In this document: in pieces, positions 27,485 through 35,055 of the stretch
Layout: each line of letters starts with the position of its first letter
How positions within the stretch are numbered: the first letter of the stretch is position 1
Source: an uncultured Clostridia bacterium
GTDB lineage: Bacteria > Bacillota > Clostridia > Christensenellales > UBA1242
Direction: 5' to 3'
Assembly (NCBI GenBank): GCA_944350275.1
Contig: CALVOK010000043.1
Span: 24,411 to 88,410, forward strand
DNA length: 64,000 nt
Translations under genes and position numbers: made by a program
Notes under the pieces: model-generated
Database searches by the model: none
What the model was told of the DNA's origin: nothing
What the model saw: the letters and a program-made list of their open reading frames with translations, nothing else

Positions 27485-28153
27485 ATGAGTTGTCCTATTA
27501 ATATGAAAGGATTTGGACCATCACCTATTCCAGAAGAGGCTGAGTGGGTTCAATTAAAAGACATCAAACAAATATCTGGATTTTCACATGGTTGCGGAAA
27601 ATGTGCGCCACAACAGGGCACCTGCAAACTTACTTTAAATGTTAAAAATGGCATTATCAAAGAGGCTCTTGTTGAGACAATTGGTTGCTCGGGTATGACG
27701 CATTCGGCGGCTATGGCAGCGGAAATTCTCCCTGGCAAAACACTGCTTGAGGCACTCAATACCGACCTCGTGTGTGACGCTATCAATGACGCAATGAAAA
27801 ATATCTTCCTGCAACTTGTATATGGCAGAAGTCAGTCGGCGTTCTCAGAAAACGGTCTCGCTGTGGGCTCGGCTATTGAGGACCTGGGCAAAACTCTCTC
27901 TAGCAATGTGGGTACCGTCTACTCGCAAGAGGGAATTGGCACTCGCTATCTTAATTTGGCTGAGGGTTACATAACCAAAGAGGGTCTTGACGAAAATGGT
28001 GAGATTATCGGCTATGAATATGTTGCAATCGGCTCGCTTATGAAGTCGCTACGTGAAGGAGTGGACTCAAAAGAGGCTATCAAAAAGGCAACTAAGACCT
28101 ATGGTAGATTTGCCGAGGCAAAAACTGTTATTGACCCAAGGAGGATAGACTGA
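27485..28153 (+). CDS. NifU/IscU-like Cys-containing scaffold-type protein, partner of the GGGtGRT protein
   Basis: The ATG at 27485 is preferred (RBS ggagg at 27472). Cys motifs GCGKCAPQQGTC and GCSGMTHSA. TGATG stop/start overlap (shared TG) with the next gene. Confidence 0.6.
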   Translation: MSCPINMKGFGPSPIPEEAEWVQLKDIKQISGFSHGCGKCAPQQGTCKLTLNVKNGIIKEALVETIGCSGMTHSAAMAAEILPGKTLLEALNTDLVCDAINDAMKNIFLQLVYGRSQSAFSENGLAVGSAIEDLGKTLSSNVGTVYSQEGIGTRYLNLAEGYITKEGLDENGEIIGYEYVAIGSLMKSLREGVDSKEAIKKATKTYGRFAEAKTVIDPRRID

Positions 28154-29139
28154 TGGATTTAACTTTAAAACAGACAGGTATTGAAGAGACCTTACAAAAA
28201 TATAACATTAAAAGTCTTGACGAGGCAAAGAAAATTTGTCTTGACGGTGGCATAAATGTCGAGGAAATTGTCAAAGGAATTCAACCTATTTGCTTTGATA
28301 ACGCGGTAAAAGCATATGAACTTGGTGTTGCAATCGCACTCGTCACAAACACTAACAGTGCAAGTGAGGTCGCACTTAAACTGGGCGAGGGATTGCAGGC
28401 TTACTGCAAAAAAGGCTCTGTCGCTGATGAACGTAAAATCGGACTTGGACATGGCAGACTTGGAAGTATGCTCCTAAGCGAGAACACAAAGAGTTTTTGT
28501 TTTCTTGCAGGACATGAGAGTTTTGCCGCTGCTGAGGGTGCTATTGGTATTGTTACCTCAGCAAATAAGGTGAGAAAAACTCCCCTCAACGTCATTTTGA
28601 ATGGTCTTGGTAAAGACGCAGCCTATATTATCTCGCGTATAAATGGTTTCACATTTGTCTCTACAAGTTACGACCACAAGACAGGCGAACTTAAAATACT
28701 CTCAGAAAAACCTTTTTCAAATGGCGAAAGAGCAAAGGTGAAAGTCTACGGCGCTTATGACGTGCCTGAGGGCGTGGCTATTATGCAACACGAAAAAGTT
28801 GACGTGTCAATAACAGGCAACTCCACAAACCCTATGCGTTTCCAGCATCCAGTCGCTGGCATCTACAAAAAATGGTGCTACGAAAATGGTAGAAAATATT
28901 TCTCGGTTGCCTCTGGCGGTGGCACAGGTAGAACACTCCACCCTGATAATATGGGATGTGGTCCTGCAAGTTATGGACTAACTGACACTATGGGACGAAT
29001 GCACTGTGACGCTCAGTTTGCAGGCTCATCTTCAGTGCCTGCTCACGTTGAAATGATGGGCTTTATTGGCATGGGAAATAATCCAATAGTTGGCGCAACA
29101 GTTGCCCTCTCCGTCGCAGTTGAAACAAGAAAAAGATAA
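28153..29139 (+). CDS. GGGtGRT-family protein (function unknown)
   Basis: 328 aa containing the family-defining signature ASGGGTGRTLHPDNMG. Confidence 0.75.
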   Translation: MDLTLKQTGIEETLQKYNIKSLDEAKKICLDGGINVEEIVKGIQPICFDNAVKAYELGVAIALVTNTNSASEVALKLGEGLQAYCKKGSVADERKIGLGHGRLGSMLLSENTKSFCFLAGHESFAAAEGAIGIVTSANKVRKTPLNVILNGLGKDAAYIISRINGFTFVSTSYDHKTGELKILSEKPFSNGERAKVKVYGAYDVPEGVAIMQHEKVDVSITGNSTNPMRFQHPVAGIYKKWCYENGRKYFSVASGGGTGRTLHPDNMGCGPASYGLTDTMGRMHCDAQFAGSSSVPAHVEMMGFIGMGNNPIVGATVALSVAVETRKR

Positions 29140-29156
29140 TTAAAAACATTAATTTT

Positions 29157-29204
29157 AAAAAAGCATATTGATTTTAGTATATTTCAATATGCTTTTATTT
29201 TTTG
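29157..29204. terminator. Bidirectional Rho-independent terminator between the GGGtGRT gene (+) and the 514-aa gene (-)
   Basis: 11-bp stem aagcatattga/tcaatatgctt (29161-29171/29184-29194), flanked by an A-run and a T-run. Confidence 0.75.
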
Positions 29205-29266
29205 TATTTGAATTTTAAGATATTATTTTGTATATTTTTTTGATTTTTATGTGTTTTATAAAGATT

Positions 29267-30811
29267 TTATTCGTTCTCGTCCTCATAGTCGTCGTAGATA
29301 TCTGTTTTTTCAAGGTCAGTGTCGTCGTACATATCGGTTTTTTCAAGGTCAATGTCATCTTCAATGGTATCTTGCTGTTCAATGTTGTTATTTTTGAATT
29401 TTGCCATCAAAAAGCCCTTTGAACCATAGAGAATTATCTTTTTAAAGTTGCCCTCATATGAAAAACCTAACTCGTTAAAGTGGTACTCTATAAGTTTGCT
29501 GAACTTGTCGAGATACTCCTCTTTTGTCTTTTTGTCAGTGATATTTTGCTTTCTAAAATAGGCATTCTCACTGTTACAAATATATTTTAAAAGGTGGATA
29601 TAGTAATTTGGATGATTTTTTAACATATAATTTTGATAAAAATTTGTCAAATCTTTGTCGTATTTTAATATTCCGTCTTTATTTCTAGTCTTTACGGTAA
29701 AGAGAGAAAAGTCGTATTTATCCTGAACATACTCACCCTTGTCATTCCTTTGACCTTGCTTTAAGGTTATGATTGTGTTCTTTTTTGACTTCGAGTTGGA
29801 ATAATAGTCGCCGTACTTCAACTGCTCTCTCTTCTTGCCGTCTTTTGCCTCTAACTCTTTGAAGTACTCATTTAATATTTGAACAAGTTCTCTCTCTGAC
29901 GGCTTTTTCTCTGGATAAATTAGTGCGAGTCCGTCAAGTGTTCTTGTGTTTTCTATTGCGTTTTCATAGGATATGCTTGTCTTAAAGCCACCGCTCGTTG
30001 CCTTTTCCTCAAAAAATGCATAGGATGAATTGACTTTTTCTTTCAATTTTTGGAGCATATTTTCATCAATATGTCCTCTGTACTCAAATATTCTCATTGG
30101 CGAAATGATTTTAACCTTGCTTGTGACGGCATAGAGGTCGCGGTCAGTCTTAAAGTGAATATCAAATCCGCCGTCGGCATTAGTTGTGCAAGGAACGCAG
30201 ACATAGTTTGACTTGTCATTGTCATATCCTATCACGACAACACTACGTTTTCCGCCATACTCGGCATCAACCACAGGGTTCAGGTCTGCAGAAAAGACGT
30301 CCCCTATCTTAATCTCTCGCTCAGGGCGGTAGTATGGGTTGTCAACCTTTCTAAACATGGTATGATTACCACATCGGACATAGTTTAAGGCACTTGCAAG
30401 CGTGAATTTAGAGTCAATTTTAAGAAAATCTTGTATGCCCTCAATTCCCTCGTTATACATGGCATTTATAATTGTAAATTTTAATTTCTTAGAGAGTTTT
30501 ACCGCTGTATTGTAAATCTCATCTTTTTGTCTGCCAATTTCAGAGTACTTCATGCTGATGTAGTCTAGGTAGTATTTTTGCAGTGCCTGGATAATTCTGT
30601 TATTGTTATTTAGCACCTCAATATGATTATTGTTGAAACTTATTAGCACTTTGTCATGAGTCTCTGGATTAAACAGGGTTAGACGGGTAAAATTTATGTC
30701 GTCGGTATTCTCATTGGTATATGTTATCACCTTGTAATCGTTGTCAAGAACCATACGAACAATATTTAAAAGTTCCTCATAAGTCAAATTTATCTTCATA
30801 CTTTTCTCCAT
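29267..30811 (-). CDS. Large protein with an embedded MazF/PemK-like domain, unknown N- and C-terminal domains and an acidic repeat tail
   Basis: aa ~166-262 read EIKIGDVFSADLNPVVDAEYGGKRSVVVIGYDNDKSNYVCVPCTTN...VKIISPMRIFEYRG. This parallels the canonical MazF at 20812 ([25 protein letters not shown]...AITSQ). The tail is DDIDLEKTDMYDDTDLEKTDIYDDYEDENE. The start could instead be the ATG at 30799. Confidence 0.7.
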   Translation of the reverse strand: MEKSMKINLTYEELLNIVRMVLDNDYKVITYTNENTDDINFTRLTLFNPETHDKVLISFNNNHIEVLNNNNRIIQALQKYYLDYISMKYSEIGRQKDEIYNTAVKLSKKLKFTIINAMYNEGIEGIQDFLKIDSKFTLASALNYVRCGNHTMFRKVDNPYYRPEREIKIGDVFSADLNPVVDAEYGGKRSVVVIGYDNDKSNYVCVPCTTNADGGFDIHFKTDRDLYAVTSKVKIISPMRIFEYRGHIDENMLQKLKEKVNSSYAFFEEKATSGGFKTSISYENAIENTRTLDGLALIYPEKKPSERELVQILNEYFKELEAKDGKKREQLKYGDYYSNSKSKKNTIITLKQGQRNDKGEYVQDKYDFSLFTVKTRNKDGILKYDKDLTNFYQNYMLKNHPNYYIHLLKYICNSENAYFRKQNITDKKTKEEYLDKFSKLIEYHFNELGFSYEGNFKKIILYGSKGFLMAKFKNNNIEQQDTIEDDIDLEKTDMYDDTDLEKTDIYDDYEDENE

Positions 30812-30897
30812 ATTCTAATTATAATTCGCAAAATCTTTTTTGTCAATACCTGACTAAATAAATTGACCTTTCATTTAAAAAATATTATAATGTACCT

Positions 30898-31557
30898 ATG
30901 ATTCAATTGCGAAGAAGTTGGTACGAGTTACTAAAAGATGAATTTGACAAAGATTACTTCAAAAAATTACAGTTATTTTTAGATGATGAGTATAAAAATT
31001 ATCAGGTTTACCCTAGCCAGCAAAATATTTTTAATGCACTCAATCATCTGCCTTTTGATAAAATTAAGGTGGTTATAATTGGTCAGGACCCCTATCATGA
31101 GCCTGGACAGGCACAAGGTCTTGCCTTTTCTGTACCTGAAAATGTGCAAATTCCGCCATCACTAGTCAATATTTTTAAAGAAATTGAGGATGACCTCAAT
31201 GTAAAGTGTCTAAAAAATGGCAATCTGGAACGTTGGGCAAATCAAGGCATACTTCTTCTCAACACAGTTTTAACAGTTAGGCGAGGTCAGGCAAACTCAC
31301 ACAAGGATAAAGGTTGGGAGACTCTGACAAGAAAAATTATCCAACTTGTAGGTCAAAGACAAAAACCTGCAGTGTTTATGCTTTGGGGGTCTTATGCACA
31401 GAGTTTTGCTCCGCTAATTGCACCTCAGCACCTAGTTTTAAAGGCACCTCATCCAAGTCCTCTCTCGGCATACCGTGGGTTCTTTGGTTGCAAACACTTC
31501 TCAAAATGCAATGAATTTTTGCGTTCTCATAATGAAGAGCCTATTGATTGGAGATAA
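30898..31557 (+). CDS. ung: Uracil-DNA glycosylase (family 1)
   Basis: GQDPYH water-activating loop, LLLNTVLTV and HPSPLSA motifs. 219 aa. Confidence 0.93.
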   Translation: MIQLRRSWYELLKDEFDKDYFKKLQLFLDDEYKNYQVYPSQQNIFNALNHLPFDKIKVVIIGQDPYHEPGQAQGLAFSVPENVQIPPSLVNIFKEIEDDLNVKCLKNGNLERWANQGILLLNTVLTVRRGQANSHKDKGWETLTRKIIQLVGQRQKPAVFMLWGSYAQSFAPLIAPQHLVLKAPHPSPLSAYRGFFGCKHFSKCNEFLRSHNEEPIDWR

Positions 31558-31767
31558 TTTTTGAAAATACATTATAGAAATTAGCCTATTCTATAATAAA
31601 AAACTGTGAAAAGCGCAAAAACATGATGAAAAATCATCGTTTTATTAGTTAACAAAGACATAAAAAAGATAGAAATTTCACCTTTTAAACGGTTAAAAAG
31701 TTAACAAAAGTACAAAAAACAAACAAAAACATAACCTATAAAACGGTTGAAAGGTTGATAAAAACAC

Positions 31768-31805
31768 AAAAAAGCAGACATATTTCAGTCTGCTTTATAT
31801 TTTTA
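31768..31805 (-). terminator. Rho-independent terminator downstream of the Glu-rich protein gene
   Basis: Stem agcagac/gtctgct (31773-31779/31788-31794). On the minus strand it is followed by ttttttgtgttttt. Confidence 0.65.
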
Positions 31806-31913
31806 GTGAAAATTTTTAGTTTGATTTCTTAGAATTATCTATAACCTATTCAATTATCAAACATTTTATTTATAGATTTTTATGCATTTTATTTGCATAT
31901 TCACACTAAGGCA

Positions 31914-33029
31914 TTACTCAGCATCTGCTGTCGTGTCGTCGTCAGAATTCTTCAAACTGTCAATAGCCTCTTGAAGATTCTTGATATCCTCTTTGATTTC
32001 GGCATTTTGAGAGGTAAGCAAGTTGAATATCTTTTCAAGCAGAGGGTATCTCTCAGAGTTCTTCTGCATAACTTCTTCGCAGTGTTGAACAGATAGTTTA
32101 AGTCCCTCAAGCAAGTCAAGGTCCTCTTCAAGTTTCTTTGCCTTCTCTTCGTCAATATCAGCATAGTTGTTTACACCATAGAGTACAACCTTTTGTTTTG
32201 CAACAAGTGCCTCTTTTCTGCGAAGTTTCTTCTCATCACTCTCGAGAGTTCTCTTCACACGTCTAAGTGGAATATACTCTTTCTTGCACTTACGAAGTTC
32301 TTTCTCGTTCTCTTTAAGTCTCTCTTGCTCCTCAGCAAGTTTTCTCTCAAGTTCTTCAAGGCTCATGTTAGATGTGAGTGCGTTTACATCACCCTTATTC
32401 TCTTCATATGTTGTTGTAGTCTCATCATCTGAAGGCTCTGTAACCTCTTCGGTTTCTTCGCTCTCTTGTTCCTCTTGAGTCTCAGGCTCTTCATTTTCTT
32501 CCTCAGTTAAATCAACAGCCTCTTCTTCCTCTGTTTGTTCTTCCTCTTCTTGTTCCTGAGCCTGCATTCTTGCAAGTCTTTCCATAAGTTCTTGTCGACG
32601 TTGACGAATAAACTCAGTTGCGTCGTCTGATGGAGCATCCTCAGACTCTTGTTCTTCTTGCTCCTCTGTTTCTTGTGGTTGTTCTTCAACTGTTGGAAGT
32701 TCTTCTTCCTCTTCCTCTTCTTCCACTTCCTCAACCTTTGTAGCGTCTGGGTTGTAGTCCTCAACTACTGCACCATTGTAGAGGATAGTTGCAACTTCTG
32801 GGTCGTTTTTTAATTCCTCTTTGAGTTTTTCTTTCTTCTCAAGAGCATTGATACGTTCCTCAAGTGCCTTGTTTTGCTCTGACTGTCTGTCAGAAATAGT
32901 CTTTTCATCTTTCTTTTTATGAGAAATGCTCATAAATAGGTCGCCCATGAAATATAAGAGGAAACCTCCCGCTACAATAATTCCAAGAACAACAACCACG
33001 GTAATAATTACTGAACTCATAATTTTCAC
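31914..33029 (-). CDS. N-terminally anchored, extremely Glu-rich coiled-coil protein (unknown function)
   Basis: 371 aa with a TM helix at the N-terminus followed by long E/Q/K-rich heptad-like sequence. The start is the GTG at 33029 or the ATG at 33020. Confidence 0.6.
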   Translation of the reverse strand: MKIMSSVIITVVVVLGIIVAGGFLLYFMGDLFMSISHKKKDEKTISDRQSEQNKALEERINALEKKEKLKEELKNDPEVATILYNGAVVEDYNPDATKVEEVEEEEEEEELPTVEEQPQETEEQEEQESEDAPSDDATEFIRQRRQELMERLARMQAQEQEEEEQTEEEEAVDLTEEENEEPETQEEQESEETEEVTEPSDDETTTTYEENKGDVNALTSNMSLEELERKLAEEQERLKENEKELRKCKKEYIPLRRVKRTLESDEKKLRRKEALVAKQKVVLYGVNNYADIDEEKAKKLEEDLDLLEGLKLSVQHCEEVMQKNSERYPLLEKIFNLLTSQNAEIKEDIKNLQEAIDSLKNSDDDTTADAE

Positions 33030-33089
33030 TTCCTTTTTCTAATTTTTTTGGGCATTTACTGCACTTTTATCTAGCAATTTGATTGCTTT

Positions 33090-33480
33090 TGGTGGAGACG
33101 GCGGGAGTTGAACCCGCTTCCGAAAAACTTGTTCAAAACTTTTCTACACGTTTAGTTTATGTTATTTTCTCGCTGATAAACCTAACATAAACAAAATTTT
33201 TATCAGCCTAGTCTATTTTTTATAAGTAACCTTAGACAGAGTAACTTACAGAGCACCTAATTTAAACCCTTGTATTCAATTTGGTGAGATTGAATAAGAG
33301 TCATCCGAAAGATTGTTCAGACTTAAGATTTGTTCACTTAGGCAGCACAAGCAAGGCTTGCATTGTCAAGACGAACTACATTATTTTTTGCGTTTATTTT
33401 TGTTGCCTACTTTTAGGTGCTAGGCACACCACGTGCTTTACATTTTGACCAATGCTCCCCGTCGAAACCATGACGCCCCC
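33090..33480 (-). ncRNA. ssrA: tmRNA (SsrA)
   Basis: 5' GGGGGCGTCATGGTTTCGACGGGG... and 3' ...GGAAGCGGGTTCAACTCCCGCCGTCTCCACCA (tRNA-Ala-like acceptor/T-arm). Tag ORF GCA AAA AAT AAT GTA GTT CGT CTT GAC AAT GCA AGC CTT GCT TGT GCT GCC TAA. It lies immediately downstream of smpB. Confidence 0.9.
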
Positions 33481-33493
33481 ATTTAAAGAGGGT

Positions 33494-33937
33494 TTAATAG
33501 TTTTTAAGCACTCGGTCGAGTCCTCTTTGGACTGCCCTATCCTTGAGAACCTGCCTTTTGTCATAAAGTTTTTTACCTTTTGCAAGACCAATCTCAACTT
33601 TTGCCCTGCCTTTCGACAGATAGACTTTTGTCGGCACAATTGAGTAGCCTTTTTCAAGAACTTTACGTTCCAGTTTCAGTATTTCTTCTTTATGCAAAAG
33701 TAACTTTCTTGTACGCTTGCATTCACTTTCACCTGCCGTCGAGTTTTCAGTCGGCGCTATGTAACAGTTTCTTAGGAAAGCCTCGCCATTTTTGATTGTA
33801 ACAAAACTATCACTAAGACTAATTTTGCCGTTTGCGACTGATTTTATCTCACCGCCTTTAAGTTCAATGCCCGCTTCAAGCAAGTCAGAAACGAAGAAAT
33901 TATGATAAGCCTTTTTGTTATTAGTTATTATCCTCAT
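33494..33937 (-). CDS. smpB: SsrA-binding protein SmpB
   Basis: The start at 33937 (MRIITNNKKAYHNFF..., RBS aggagg) is preferred over the longer track ORF. Also IELKGGEIKS and a C-terminal basic tail. Confidence 0.92.
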   Translation of the reverse strand: MRIITNNKKAYHNFFVSDLLEAGIELKGGEIKSVANGKISLSDSFVTIKNGEAFLRNCYIAPTENSTAGESECKRTRKLLLHKEEILKLERKVLEKGYSIVPTKVYLSKGRAKVEIGLAKGKKLYDKRQVLKDRAVQRGLDRVLKNY

Positions 33938-34184
33938 CTCGCCTCCTATTATAACACTGATTTTCAACTTTTTCAATACCCTATTTAAAAAAAGTTGAGA
34001 AAATTTCAAAAAATTTGCATTTTTTTATAAATTTTAGTCAAAAAACACGTTTTTTTGCATATTTTAAGCAAATTTTAATTGTTATACATATTTATTATAT
34101 ACTATTTTGTAAATAAAATCATACTAAATTTAAAAATATTTTGCTAATAAATGATAATCTTTCAGCAAATTTTGTCAAAAAATA

Positions 34185-34225
34185 AACATTGACGAATTTA
34201 AGTACTCTTTCGTCAATGTTTTTAT
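34185..34225. terminator. Rho-independent terminator hairpin downstream of the 34292..34774 gene
   Basis: 12-bp stem aacattgacgaa/ttcgtcaatgtt (34185-34196/34209-34220) with A/T runs on both sides. Confidence 0.6.
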
Positions 34226-34291
34226 CTTAAAAAAATGTTATCTTTTCAAGAATTCAAGATGTTTGTAATAGCCTTGTTATCTTAAAAAATG

Positions 34292-34774
34292 TTATCTCTC
34301 CAAGAATTCAGCAAGTTTAGTGTCCTCTTCCTGCTGTTTTTCAAATCTCTTTTGCTCTCTTGCCTGTGCCAAGTCGTATGCTCTAGATCTTCTCTTTATT
34401 TTTGCCTGAATTTTATCTCTGTATCTATCTTCTTTCCTCTGCATTGACATAAATTGTCTGCCCTTCAATTTATGTGTGTGATAGAGCCTATATATTAAAG
34501 AACCATCATACTCAAGTCTTGTGACATTTAATTTTAAATCACCTGCCCAGTCCTTATAACCTATAAACTGATTAGCAATACTGTCCATAGATGAAAGTTT
34601 AACATCATATTTTTCTAAATCGCTAAAAGAATATACAGAACCGTTATTCGTTCTAAATAGAATATGAGACCTGTTATCTTTATCTCTTACAACGAAAATA
34701 TCCTTCATCTCAAAGGTGTGTTCTCTTACCTTCTTTACCTTTTCTTTGTGCCTCTTTTTCTCTTCTTTATCCAT
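34292..34774 (-). CDS. Hypothetical highly charged protein (160 aa)
   Basis: ORF with lysine-rich N- and C-termini and a central beta-rich segment. No recognisable motif. Confidence 0.5.
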   Translation of the reverse strand: MDKEEKKRHKEKVKKVREHTFEMKDIFVVRDKDNRSHILFRTNNGSVYSFSDLEKYDVKLSSMDSIANQFIGYKDWAGDLKLNVTRLEYDGSLIYRLYHTHKLKGRQFMSMQRKEDRYRDKIQAKIKRRSRAYDLAQAREQKRFEKQQEEDTKLAEFLER

Positions 34775-35055
34775 ATTTTCTCCTCTCTATGCCTATTATA
34801 TAACATAATCCACATTCTGTCAATACAGATTATTATTTTTTTCGTGCCAAAACTAGTTTTGCTCTGCTTAAATTCCCACAAAAGTATTTAAAAACATAAT
34901 TATTTATGAAAATAAAACCTAATCGTTTTACAAGTTGATTATTATAGTAATAGTTATATTAATATACTAATTTTTGAAATCTTATAAATATGCTATTGTT
35001 TTATTATTGTGATAAAAATTTATAATCTTGCAAATGTATTTTAGTAACCAAAAAA

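Noticed and set aside
33030-33089. The hairpin agcaat-ttg-attgct next to the tmRNA 3' end as a distinct regulatory element.
   Set aside because: It is only 6 bp with a weak U-run. Most simply it is the ssrA terminator or processing hairpin, and there is nothing further to support a separate call.
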